Assembly (NCBI GenBank): GCA_043228905.1
Contig: JBHGNT010000016.1
Span: 496,001 to 560,000, forward strand
From: Azolla caroliniana
Lineage: Eukaryota; Plantae; Polypodiophyta
Direction of reading: 5' to 3'
Length of the DNA stretch: 64,000 bases
The translations under genes were made by a program, and so were the position numbers. The notes under the pieces were generated by a model. The model saw only the letters and a list, made by a program, of their open reading frames with translations. It was not told where the DNA came from and made no database searches. Each line of letters starts with the position of its first letter. The stretch's first letter is position 1. This document shows, one piece after another, positions 43,301 through 53,886 of this stretch.

Positions 43301-45864
43301 ATCACACGAGCAAGGTATGAACATTTTCTGTTACTCACACGCTCTTGTCTTCGACTTCCTCGACTCTGCTTTTTTCTTCATGTCTCTCTCCATGAGTTTC
43401 AAAATCATGTACGTTAAATTCCATATCATAGCTAGCTTCTTTAGCCTCGATTCGCATGTTTGGATACAAAAATCCAATATCACATGAGCCAAGTATGAAC
43501 ATTTTGAATTACTCATGCGATGTTGTCTACACTATGGCAAAACATTACTTTTTTTTTCATGTCTCTCGCCCTGAGTTTTAAAATCTTGCTTTTTCAATTC
43601 CATATCATAGCTAGCTTCGTTAGCTTCGATTCGAATGTTTAAACACAAAAATCCAATATCACACGACTCAGGTATAAACCTTTTCATATACTCACACGCG
43701 CTTGTCTACCATGTGGCAAAACTTTACTTTTCTCTTCATGTCTCTCGCCCTGAGTTTTAATATCATGGTTTTTGAATTCCATATCATAGCTAGCTTCGTT
43801 AGCTTCGATTCGCATCTTTGAACACAAACATCCGATATCACACGACCCAGTTATGAACCTTTTCATATACTCACGCGCGCTTGTCTAACATGTGGCAAAC
43901 CTTTACTTTTTTCTTCATGTCTCTCGCCCTGAGTTTCAATATCATGGTTTTTCAACTCCATATCATAGCTAGTTGCGTTAGCTTCGATTCACATGTTTGA
44001 ACAGAAAAATCTGATATCACACAACCCAGGTATGAACATTTTGATTTACTCACGTGCTCCTGTCTAAACCCTCCTCAATTATGCTTTTCTCTTCATCTCT
44101 CTAGCCCTGAGTTTGAAAAGAATGATTTTTCAATCTCAGATTATAGCTAGCTTCGTTAGCTTCGATTCGCATGTTTAAAAACCAAAATCCGTTGTCACTC
44201 GAGCCAGTTATGCCCATATTTATATACTCACGCGCTCTTGTCTACGCCCTCCTCAAGCTTGCTTTCTGCTACATGTCTCTTGTCTTGAGTTTCAAAATCA
44301 TCATTTTTTAAGTCCATATAACAACTAGCTTCGTTAGCTTCGATTACCATGTTTGAACACAAACATCATATATCACACGAGCCAGGTAAGAAAATTTTCA
44401 TTTACTCACGTGCTCTTATCGATACCCTCCTCAACATTGTTTTTCTCTTCATCTATCTAACCCTGAGTTTCAAAAGCATGACTTTTCAATCTCATATTAT
44501 AGCTAGCTTCGTTAGTTTCGATTCGCATGTTTAAAACCAAAAATCCGTTTTCACTCGAGCAAGGTATGCCCATTTTTATATACTCACGCGCTCTTGCATA
44601 CGCCCTCCTCAACCTTCCTTTGTTCTTCATGTCTCTCGTCGATAGTTTCAAAATCATGATTTCTCAATACCATATCATAGCTAGCTTCGTTAGCTTCGAT
44701 TCAAATGTTTGAACACAAAAATCCGATATCACACGAGCTAGGTATGAATATTTTCATTTACTTACGTGCACTTATCTACAGCCTCCACAACTTTGCTCTT
44801 CTCTTCAACTCTCTAGCCCTGAGTTTAGGGTTTAGGATCTCAATATGTTGCTTTTTTAAATCCATATCATACCTAGCTTTGTTTGCTTCGATTCGCATGT
44901 CTGAACACAAAAATCGAATATCACACGACAAAGGTATGACCATATCTGTTACTCACGCGCTCTTGTATGAACATTTTCATTTACTCACACGCTCTTGTCT
45001 ACCTATTGCAAAACTGTACTATTTTCGTTACGTCTCTCGCCTTGAGTTTTAAACTCGTGTTTTTCAATTCCATATCATATCTAGCTTCATTAGCTTTGAT
45101 ATGCATGTTTGAACACAAAAATCTGATAGCACATGACCCCGGTATGAACCTTTTCATATAGTCACGCGCTCTTGTCTTCCCTGTAGCAAAACCATACTTT
45201 TTGATTCATGTCTCTCGCTTTGAGTTTCAATATCTTTCTTTTTCAATTCCACATCATAGCTAGCTTCGTCAGCTTCGATTCGCATGTTTGAACACAAACA
45301 TCCGATATCACACGACTTAGGTATGAACCTTTTCATATACTCACGCACGCTTGTCTACCATGTGCCAAACCTTTACTTTTTTCTTCATGTCTCTCGCCCC
45401 GAGTTTTAATATCATGGTTTTTCAACTCCATATCATAGCTAGCTTCGTTAGCTTCGATTCACATGTTTGAACACAAAAATCCGATATCACACAAACCAGG
45501 TATGAACATTTTGATTTACTCATGCGCTCTTGTCTACACCATCATCAACTTTGCTTTTCTCTTCATCTCTCTAGCCCTAAGTTTCAGAAGCATGAATTTT
45601 CAATCACATATTATAGCTAGCTTCGTTAGTTTTGATTCGCATGTTTAAAAACAGAAATCCGTTGTTACTGAAGCCAGGTATGCCCATTTTTATATAATCA
45701 CGCACTCTTGTCTACACCCTCCTCAACTTTGCTTTGTTCTTCATGTCTCCCGTCCTTAGTTTCAAAGTCATGATTTTTCAATTCCATATCATATTATAGA
45801 CTGTGTCTTTAGCTTCGATTCGCATGTTTGAAGGCAAAAATCCGAAATCACACGAGGCAGGTAT

Positions 45865-46301
45865 TGTCATGAACAGTACTGAGACAGAGAAGGAATTAGT
45901 ACTAAACCAGGATTAGTACTATGAGAGGTGTGAAACTTCTTCGAGAGAAGGAAGAAGTGAGCGAGACAGAGAGAAAGAGAGAGACCGAGAGAGAGAGTGT
46001 GTGTGATGATAAGAAAGATATGTATTATATGAAGAGAATATACAATGGTGGCTAAAAGGCTTAAGACTGGCGTTGAACCAATTTGGTTCAACATAATGCC
46101 TCGTGCCCTCTTTTATAGTGTTTTCAGGAGTAATCCTGAAGCTTCTAGAATGTTCCAGAGAAATCTGGAATATACACTAATTTCCTATAATAAAATGTAA
46201 ATGAAAATAATATCCTACGTATTACAATAGATGGTCTAATGGTCAAGAGCTCGACCCATATAACCTAAGGTCATGGGTTCGAGTCTTGCCATATCATGAC
46301 A
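45865..46301 (-). repeat. Gypsy 3' LTR (437 bp)
   Basis: TG...CA ends. Preceded on the minus strand by the PPT AAAGGGGGGATAG. Confidence 0.95.
46225..46297 (+). other. tRNA-like cassette (Pol III A box and B box) inside gypsy 3' LTR
   Basis: A-box-like TGGTCTAATGG (46232-46242) and B box GGTTCGAGTC (from 46276) are 44 nt apart, as in standard tRNAs. The intervening ATAACCTAAGGTCATGGGTTC resembles tRNA-Met anticodon, variable and T arms. Confidence 0.6.
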
Positions 46302-47261
46302 CTATCCCCCCTTTAAAACAACGAGTGTCACGAGTCGTCTTGGATTGAGGACCCGGTTTGTGTGGATATTGACGATGGAAGTCTTCAAGAAGAGCACGAG
46401 CATTGGTTACATTCTCGATCGGTTCCCAAGTACATTCGTTGGGGCTATAGCCTAGCCAATCGACTAGATAGTAGAGCTTGTTGCGAACAATCTTGGAATC
46501 AAGGATGGCGGCAACCTAGTACTCCGGCCCATCTTCAAGCTCGATCGGGGGTGGAGGTTGGATAAGACATCCTGGGATGGTGCTCTCGTGGTAGGGTTCG
46601 AGGAGAGAACTATGAAACACCGGATGTATCCGAAGTTGAGGAGGTAGATCGAGACGAAAAGCAACATCATTAATCTTTCCAATAATACGGAAAGGACCGA
46701 ATCGCCAATAATCCAACTTCTCACATGGGCGAGTAGTCTTGATGTGTCGTCGTAGCAGCCACACCCGATCTCCAATATTAAAACTGGATGGAAGTCGACG
46801 ACGATCCGCGTAGACCTTGTGTGTTTGTTGAGCTTGCTGGAGATGAGTTGATAAATCCGCTTGTATCTTGCGTAACCGCTCCAAACGATCCTCCGCGCAT
46901 GGATTTGTGGACACCTCTGGGGTTTCAAGTACACTCCACCGGGGGTGACATCCCGTATAAGCATAAAATGGCGTAACTTTAGTGGATGCGTGGATAGAGT
47001 TGTTATAGGCAAATTCGGCAAAGTGGAGAATATCTGCCCAGTCGTCCTGATGATAGCTGAGAAAGCACCGCAGATACTCCTCCAGCGTTTGATTTGTTCG
47101 TTTAGCTTGGCCGTCGGTTTGTGGGTGGTAGCCAGAGGAGAGATTACAAGTGACCTTGAGCATGTTAAAAAGGTGCTTCCAGAATTTTGACACGAACTGG
47201 GGTCCACGGTCGCTGATAATACTATCGGGAAGTCCATGATGCCGACATACTTCACGCATGA
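46294..47261 (-). pseudogene. pol: Gypsy pol, part 2: integrase core, GPY/F motif and chromodomain (one premature TAG)
   Basis: HGLPDSIISDRGPQF, YHPQTDGQ, GPFRI and IHPVFHSSLL motifs. After TAG at 46518-46516 the same frame reads VAAILDSKIVRNKLYYLVDWLGYSPNECTWEPIENV...DFH and ends at TGA 46296-46294 inside the LTR. Confidence 0.9.
46302..46314 (-). promoter_or_regulatory. Gypsy polypurine tract
   Basis: Plus CTATCCCCCCTTT immediately inside the 3' LTR. Confidence 0.85.
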
Positions 47262-47266
47262 CAATT

Positions 47267-47924
47267 TGTTGGGATTTCAGTCCCTCCGGATGGGATGTCC
47301 GGAGGTCCGGATGGGATGTCCGGAGGTGAATGACGGCAAGCCTGGTTGCGGCTACGGAGCCGGATGATGAAGACCCGGGCTACGGAGCCGGATGATGAAG
47401 ACCCCGGCTATGGAGCCGGATGAGGAAGACCCCGGCTACGGAGCCGGATGACGGATGTACCCGGAGAGAGATCCGGATGCGGGGACATATTTTTGAATAT
47501 GTTTGCCAAGGGCCCTTGAGGCCATATTTGTAAATAGCCCGAAAGTCATATGTGTATAAATATGACTTAGGGCAAACAGTTTTAGTTGCTGCTTATTTTT
47601 CTGTTTTTCCACTTAGAGGGAGCGAAGTGAGAGCAGCAGAGAGAGAAAGAGAGAGAGAGACGAAGAGGTCGTTGCCTCTGTGTATTACCGCCGCCTGTGG
47701 CGAAGACAGTGAGCTCAAGGTTGTTGCCTTGTAGCTTCACCATTGTACATCTCTGTTTATAGTGATAGTTGGAGTTTGAGGACTCCCGTGGTTTTTCCCA
47801 TTTAGGGTTTTCCACGTAAAACATCCTGTGTACTCTTCTCTCTATTGTCTTCGTGCATTTTGTATTTCCTGTTTTCTGAGAGTTGATCCTATTCCTCGGT
47901 TGTGGCCGAGCACTGTCCTCAACA
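47267..47924 (+). repeat. Nested copia 5' LTR (658 bp)
   Basis: Contains a 21-bp tandem (x2) and a 28-bp GGCTACGGAGCCGGATGATGAAGACCCC tandem (3 full copies + partial). TATAAAT at ~47555. Confidence 0.95.
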
Positions 47925-47927
47925 AAG

Positions 47928-47939
47928 TGGTATCAAAGC
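47928..47939 (+). promoter_or_regulatory. PBS (tRNA-iMet)
   Basis: TGGTATCAAAGC, one mismatch to TGGTATCAGAGC, 3 nt after the LTR. Confidence 0.9.
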
Positions 47940-47985
47940 GACGGCAGTGCAGAAAATAATAGGCGGCAGCAGCGGGCAGCCGGGG

Positions 47986-50900
47986 ATGATGGTGCTGAAT
48001 GCGCAGAACTACGCCGATTGGAAGATAAAGATGGAGGATCTGCTCATTGTTCGGGACCTGTATGAACCGATTGACAGGTCGGAAATACCCAAGGGGGTAC
48101 TTGAGACGGAATGGAGGCTTCTGAACCGGAAAGCCGTTGCAACCATTCGGCAATACGTCGACGTGAGCGTTCTACAACATGTGGCGAACGACACCAACGC
48201 ATACGAGATGTGGCGGAAGCTGTCGGGCCTCTACGAGAGGAAGAATGCGTTGAACCGGACCTCCCTGATGAGGAAGATAGTGAACCTCAAGTACCAGGAC
48301 GGCGAGAGTATGGTGGAACACGTAAGCATGTTCATGGGATTCGTGAACCAGCTTGCGGCGATCAAGTTCCCGTTGGAGGATGCAATGCAAGCCATCATCC
48401 TGATGTGTACATTGCCGGAAAGCTGGGAGAACTTGGTGGTGACTCTCAGCACCTCCTGCACCGAAGATAACTTGTCCCTACAAATGGTAAAGACAAGTAT
48501 TTTGAACGAAGAAGCGCGTCGGAGAGATAAAGAACCGGCCTCCGACTCGAAGGCGCTGCTTACCGAATCGGAACGGGGAAGACAACGGAACCGGAGTCCG
48601 CAAAGACGGGAGAAGTCGGGGTCGCAGTCAAGAGGAAGGCCCACATGCTTCCACTGTGGGAAGCCGGGGCACTTCCGGAAGAACTGTCGGCATTACCGAA
48701 AAGACAACGGAGCCGACGACACCGATTCGAAGAAGTCACCGGAGCGAAACGGTGCATACCGAGGGCAATTTGAGGAGTATTGCCGCTCGAAGGGAATCCG
48801 GCTCGAGTTTACTGTGCCGAAGACGCCGGAACTGAACGGGCTGGCCGAGAGGATGAACCGGACCATAATGGAGAGGGTCCGGAGTATGCTGGCGCATGCG
48901 AAATTACCCAAGGGATTTTGGGCTGAGGCAATGTCGACGGCGACATATGTGATAAATAGATCACCCTCAGTACCCCTGGATGGAGACACGCCACAGAGAG
49001 TGTGGACCGGTAGGGAAGTATCCTACCGGCATCTGAAGGTGTTCGGGTGTCTCGCATATGTGCATGTGGCAAAGGACCGGAGAGGAAAGCTAGATCCAAA
49101 GACCCGGCCATGCATATTCCTCGGTTACGGCGATGATGAGTTCGGCTACCGAGTATGGGACCTGGTCGACAGAAAGATATTCCGGAGTCGTGATATCATC
49201 TTCATGGAGGACAAGACACTCGCCGACTGGGAGTCGGAGAAGAAGATGAAGAGCTCCAAGTCGACCGGTGAGGATCAACTCTACGAGGAGCAGTCCCGAC
49301 CGGCAAGGGACCGGTTAGCACTCGAGGATCCGGCCGAAGACGGTGAAGAAATAGAATCGGCCGAGGAAGATGAAACTGATACCGGAACCGGCCCCGATCC
49401 CGAAATGGATTCGGATGAAGAAGAAACGGAGGAGCCGGTTACCAAAGCTCCGGAACGGAGATATCCTCTAAGAGAGAGAAGGGCCCCCCGGAGATTTCCG
49501 GAACCAGAGCACGTGCTGCTAACCGACGAGGGGGAGCCGGAGAGTTTTGAAGAAGCAAAGCTTGACACCCATAGCCGCAGGTGGTTAAGTGCCATGCAGG
49601 AGGAGATGGATTCCCTGCATGAGAACCACACATATGAACTTGTGGAGTTGCCGAAAGGAAAGCGGGCACTTCGAAACAAGTGGGTGTTCAAGCTGAAACC
49701 GGGAGATGCCGGAAACCCCCCGAGATACAAAGCCAGGATCGTGGTGAAGGGGTTCCAGCAGAAGAAGGGCGTCGACTTCGACGAGATATTTGCCCCGGTA
49801 GTGAAGATGACCTCCATCCGGACGGTGCTGAGCATAGCGGCAAGCATGGACCTCGAGGTAGAACAGATGGACGTGAAGACGGCATTCCTTCACGGTGACC
49901 TCGAAGAAGAGATCTACATGCAGCAACCGGAAGGATTCGAAAAGAAAGGGAAGGAGCACCTGGTATGCCGGTTGAAGAAGAGCCTTTACGGACTGAAGCA
50001 GGCTCCCCGGCAGTGGTACCGGAAGTTCGACTCCTTCATGACCGACGAAGGGTACCACAAAACGCAGTCTGATCACTGCGTGTTTGTGAAGAAGTTCGAA
50101 GGAGGAGACTTTCTAATACTCCTCCTGTACGTGGACGACATGTTGATCGTCGGACGGGACCAGGTCAAGATACGGATGCTGAAGAAAGCGCTTCACCGAA
50201 CCTTCTCAATGAAGGACCTGGGTCCGGCGAGGCAAATACTAGGGATGCACATCATCCGGGACCGGAAGAAGAAGCAGTTGTGGCTGTCACAGGAGAAGTA
50301 CGTGACAAAGGTGCTTCACCGGTTCAACATGTCGGAAGCAAGACTGGTCGGGTCAACCCTCCCGGCAAACTGCAAGTTGTCCAGCAATCAAAGCCCCAAG
50401 ACAAAGGCTGAGAAGGAGGACATGATGAAAGTGCCATATGCCTCTGCCGTCGGAAGCTTGATGTACGCAATGGTGTGTACGAGACCGGACATAGGATATG
50501 CAGTCGGAGTGGTGAGCCGGTACATGAGCAATCCCGGCAAGGAGCACTGGAACGCGGTTAAGTGGATACTCCGATACCTAAAGGGCACGGCAAACGTGTG
50601 CCTCCGATTCGGCTCCGGTAAGCCCGAACTCGACGGCTTTACCGATTCGGATATGTCGGCTGATGCAGATACCAGCCGGTCCACATCAGGGTATGTGATG
50701 ACGTATGCAGGGGGAGCTGTGTCGTGGCAGTCGAGGCTGCAGAAGACGGTTGCACTGTCAACCACGGAGGCGGAGTACATGGCGGCTGTTGAAGCCGGCA
50801 AGGAAATGATATGGATGAAGGACTTCATTAGAGAGCTCGGTATCCGGCAGGAGGAGTACCGACTCTACTGCGACAGTCAGAGTGCCATCCACCTTGCAAA

Positions 50901-51105
50901 GAACGCTGCCTACCATTCCCGGACGAAACACATCCAGCGTAGATACCACTGGATCCGGGAAAGGATAGAAGACAAGGACTTCGTGCTGACGAAGATCCAC
51001 ACGGACGAGAACGGGTCGGATATGCTGACCAAGGTGCTCACACCCGACAAGCTGGAAGCATGCCTGAAGAGGATCAGATTGGAGAGACATCCCATGCCGA
51101 AGTGA
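47986..51105 (+). CDS. Copia Gag-Pol polyprotein, open but lacking protease and the N-terminal half of integrase
   Basis: Gag NYADWKIKMEDLL, zinc knuckle CFHCGKPGHFRKNC, then directly YRGQFEEYC...PELNGLAERMNRT. RT QMDVKTAFLHG and YVDD, RH FTDSD and STTEAEY. First in-frame ATG is 47986; ATA at 47959 may be the mutated original start. Confidence 0.9.
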   Translation: MMVLNAQNYADWKIKMEDLLIVRDLYEPIDRSEIPKGVLETEWRLLNRKAVATIRQYVDVSVLQHVANDTNAYEMWRKLSGLYERKNALNRTSLMRKIVNLKYQDGESMVEHVSMFMGFVNQLAAIKFPLEDAMQAIILMCTLPESWENLVVTLSTSCTEDNLSLQMVKTSILNEEARRRDKEPASDSKALLTESERGRQRNRSPQRREKSGSQSRGRPTCFHCGKPGHFRKNCRHYRKDNGADDTDSKKSPERNGAYRGQFEEYCRSKGIRLEFTVPKTPELNGLAERMNRTIMERVRSMLAHAKLPKGFWAEAMSTATYVINRSPSVPLDGDTPQRVWTGREVSYRHLKVFGCLAYVHVAKDRRGKLDPKTRPCIFLGYGDDEFGYRVWDLVDRKIFRSRDIIFMEDKTLADWESEKKMKSSKSTGEDQLYEEQSRPARDRLALEDPAEDGEEIESAEEDETDTGTGPDPEMDSDEEETEEPVTKAPERRYPLRERRAPRRFPEPEHVLLTDEGEPESFEEAKLDTHSRRWLSAMQEEMDSLHENHTYELVELPKGKRALRNKWVFKLKPGDAGNPPRYKARIVVKGFQQKKGVDFDEIFAPVVKMTSIRTVLSIAASMDLEVEQMDVKTAFLHGDLEEEIYMQQPEGFEKKGKEHLVCRLKKSLYGLKQAPRQWYRKFDSFMTDEGYHKTQSDHCVFVKKFEGGDFLILLLYVDDMLIVGRDQVKIRMLKKALHRTFSMKDLGPARQILGMHIIRDRKKKQLWLSQEKYVTKVLHRFNMSEARLVGSTLPANCKLSSNQSPKTKAEKEDMMKVPYASAVGSLMYAMVCTRPDIGYAVGVVSRYMSNPGKEHWNAVKWILRYLKGTANVCLRFGSGKPELDGFTDSDMSADADTSRSTSGYVMTYAGGAVSWQSRLQKTVALSTTEAEYMAAVEAGKEMIWMKDFIRELGIRQEEYRLYCDSQSAIHLAKNAAYHSRTKHIQRRYHWIRERIEDKDFVLTKIHTDENGSDMLTKVLTPDKLEACLKRIRLERHPMPK

Positions 51106-51113
51106 AGGGGGAG
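51104..51113 (+). promoter_or_regulatory. Nested copia polypurine tract
   Basis: GAAGGGGGAG overlapping the stop codon, 2 nt before the 3' LTR. Confidence 0.88.
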
Positions 51114-51115
51114 TT

Positions 51116-51745
51116 TGTTGGGATTTCGGTCCCTCTAGATGGGATGTCCGGAGGTCCGGATGGGATGTCCGGAGGTGAATGACGGCAAGCCTGGTTGCAG
51201 CTACGGAGCCGGATGATGAAGACCCCGGCTACGGAGCCGGATGAGGAAGACCCCGGCTACGGAGCCGGATAACGGATGTACCCGGAGAGAGATCCGGATG
51301 CGGGGACATATTTGTGAATATGTTTGCCAAGGGCCCTTGAGGCCATATTTGTAAATAGCCCGAAAGTCATATGTGTATAAATATGACTTAGGGCAAACAG
51401 TTTTAGTTGCTGCTTATTTTTCTGTTTTTCCACTTAGAGGGAGCGAAGTGAGAGCAGCAGAGAGAGAAAGAGAGAGAGAGACGAAGAGGTCGTTGCCTCT
51501 GTGTATTACCGCCGCCTGTGGCGAAGACAGTGAGCTCAAGGTTGTTGCCTTGTAGCTTCACCATTGTACATCTCTGTTTATAGTGATAGTTGGAGTTTGA
51601 GGACTCCCGTGGTTTTTCCCATTTAGGGTTTTCCACGTAAAACATCTTGTGTACTCTTCTCTCTATTGTCTTCGTGCATTTTGTATTTCCTGTTTTCTGA
51701 GAGTTGATCCTATTCCTCGGTTGTGGCCGAGCACTGTCCTCAACA
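51116..51745 (+). repeat. Nested copia 3' LTR (630 bp)
   Basis: Copy of the 5' LTR with about 8 substitutions and one fewer 28-bp unit. Confidence 0.95.
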
Positions 51746-53660
51746 CAATTTTGGCAGTATCTTCACTGGAGATCTCCTTAGTACATGGCAAGAAATGAGC
51801 CATCTTCGTATATCGATCGACCACCGTTAGAATCGCATTGAACCCCTTAGAGACTGGAAGATCTGTGATGAAGTCTAGAGCAATGGATTGCCATGGCTTG
51901 CTTGGAATTGATAATGGTTCTAATAAACCATATGGATGATGCCTTGGCATTTTCGCTCTGCAACATGTATCACAAGTCCGAACAAAATCCTCGACAAATT
52001 GTCGTATACAGGGCCACCAGAATGATCGTTGTACTAAATGTAATGTTTTAGTACTACCAAAATGCCCAGCTGTATATGTGTCATGATAGTTTTGTACTAC
52101 TCGAAGGCGGCAAGAACCATTAGGAACATACAAAAGTTCTTTAAAGAAGAGTAATCCATCATGGTATTTGAATTGCCGATAGTCCGTACCTGGTGGTTGC
52201 GACTGTGAACACGACGCTCGAGAGGGATCAATTTGTGCTAGTATAGCTTGGGTGAACGCATCTGTCTTCAAGTCTTCACGTATGGTATCGATAACGCGGG
52301 AATCCATAGGCATGTCAAAGATCTGTGTTGCTTGTAGTCGTGCCGGTCCCAAGATGACTTGTTTTTGGTTATCGAAAGCTGGCTCGCCAGGACGGGGTGC
52401 TAGATACAAACGCCGTGATAATGCATCTGCCTTCCCTTGGTGCCTCCCCAGACGATATGTAATTTTGAAGTCAAAACGCGTGAGGAAGTGGGCCCACTGA
52501 GCTTGACGTCGATTCAACACACGAGCATCCTGAAAGTAGGCAAGATTCTTGTGGTCACTAAATACGGTGACTAGATGAGAGGATCCCTCCAGAAAATGCC
52601 TCCATTGCATAAACGAATCCACTATTGCCAATAGCTCCTTATCATGAATTTCGTAGTTGATTTCGGCGGCATCAAACTTGCGTGAGGGAAAAGCCACAGG
52701 ATGTAGCTTCTCATCATTCCCCTGTTGTGACAGAATGCTCCCCAATGCAAAATCCGATGCGTCAGCTTCGATAATGAATGGTTTTTCCGGATCGACATGA
52801 GCTAGAATTGGAGCCGATGTAAATGCCTTTTTAAGAGTCTCGAAAGCCATGTCCGTTTCTTCAGACCAAATGAACGGTTGTCCCTTCCTGGTAAGTTGTG
52901 TGAGAGGTAGAACGATCTTTGAGTAATCTTGTATGAACTTCCGGTAAAAATTGGCAAAGCCTAAGAAGCATTGCACATCCCGCACCGAACGCGGAGTCTG
53001 CCATTCTACCACCATTTTGACTTTAGCTAGGTCCATGGAGATGCCTTCTGACGAAATGATGTAGCCGAGAAATTCCACTTGGTTGCACCCGAAACTACAT
53101 TTTTCCAGCTTTGCATACAGACCATGTTCTCGAAGTCGTTTTAGTACTAATAGTACATGAGAATCATGTTCTTCTTGGGTCTTTGAATAAACCAGTAGAT
53201 CATCCAAATAGATGATCAAACAATCATCCAATAGATCTCGGAATATATCATTAGCCATGTGCTGGAAGACTATCGATGCATTAGTGAGGCCGAACGGCAT
53301 GACAGTATACTCGAAGTGCCCATATCTGGTGCGAAACGCGGTCTTCCATTCGTCTCCTGGTCGGATCCGTACGAGGTTATATGCTCCCCGTAAGTCACTC
53401 TTCGTGAAGAACTTGGCACCATTGATCCGTTCTAAAAGACTTGAGATAAGGGGAAGAGCATACCTATTCCTTATTATAACCTTATTCAAGCCACGGTAAT
53501 CTACAACGAGACGAAGCGATCCATCTTTTTTCTTGACGAAGAAAATGGGCGCGCCGGCTGGAGATTTCGAATGCCGAATGAAACCATTTTCCAAATTCTC
53601 CTCTATATAGGCCCGAAGGACTTCCAGCTCGGTTGGTGACAAATTGTAGATTGGTCCCCA
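51746..53660 (-). pseudogene. pol: Gypsy pol, part 1: RT, RNase H, integrase zinc finger and start of core
   Basis: YLDD, MPFGLTNA, EADASDFALG, NYEIHDKELLAI, H-X6-H...CDTC and IALDFITDLP motifs. Interrupted at the copia TSD. Confidence 0.93.
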
Positions 53661-53812
53661 TGCTGTTGTTGCGTTTGCTGCTTTTCTAAGGATATTTGTT
53701 GAAGATCCCCCAGCAACCGTTGGTTTTCTTGTTCCAAAGCATGGAACTTCTCCTTCAAGCATTGAAATTCCGAGAAAACAGATTGATATTCTTCAGCGCT
53801 AACAGTGGCCAT
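53661..53812 (-). pseudogene. gag: N-terminal gag remnant (coiled-coil-like), truncated by an internal deletion
   Basis: First ATG after the PBS gives MATVSAEEYQSVFSEFQCLKEKFHALEQENQRL..., which abuts the RT start WGPIY in another frame. No capsid, zinc knuckle or protease in between. Confidence 0.6.
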
Positions 53813-53872
53813 GGGATGAAAGAAAAGAGGAATAAAAGATTAGTAGGAAATGAGAGAGACAGAAGGTAGGGA

Positions 53873-53884
53873 AAATTGGTTCAA
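53873..53884 (-). promoter_or_regulatory. Non-tRNA PBS, complementary to an LTR-internal sequence (putative self-priming)
   Basis: Minus TTGAACCAATTT lies 2 nt after the 5' LTR and has no TGG start. It is the perfect complement of minus-strand LTR sequence AAATTGGTTCAA (54108-54097). Confidence 0.75.
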
Positions 53885-53886
53885 AC

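Larger units (their letters stand above)
3480..45864 (+). repeat. ~178-bp tandem satellite array (roughly 235-240 monomers), several subfamilies
   Basis: CAAAATCTTGATTTTT recurs at 3480 and 3658 (period 178). The cores TTAGCTTCGATTCGCATGTTTGAACAC and TTCTTCATGTCTCTCG..CTGAGTTTCAAAATC are conserved throughout. Confidence 0.97.
47267..51745 (+). mobile_element. Ty1/copia retrotransposon (Tnt1/Tork-like), nested in the gypsy integrase, internally deleted
   Basis: LTRs TGTTGG...TCAACA. TSD CAATT at 47262-47266 and 51746-51750. PBS, PPT and gag-INT-RT-RH order. Confidence 0.95.

Noticed and set aside
3874-45648. Dozens of 60-116 aa ORFs (MFEHKNPISHEPGMNI...) resembling a hydrophobic peptide family
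   Set aside because: They are translations of the 178-bp satellite. The period is not a multiple of 3, starts and stops are random, and they occur on both strands.
3480-45864. Identity with Arabidopsis CEN178/CEN180
   Set aside because: Only the length matches; I see none of the CEN178 sequence motifs I know.
46225-46297. Functional tRNA gene
   Set aside because: Acceptor and anticodon stems do not pair convincingly; reported only as a tRNA-like cassette.
48009-51095. Numerous antisense and alternate-frame ORFs over the copia elements (also 57143-61700)
   Set aside because: Shadow ORFs of GC-rich pol sequence with no recognisable motifs.
51663-53762. 699-aa ORF as an intact protein
   Set aside because: Chimeric: the N-terminus is out-of-frame gag sequence and the C-terminal LRTVLGHNRG... 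is read from the nested copia LTR.
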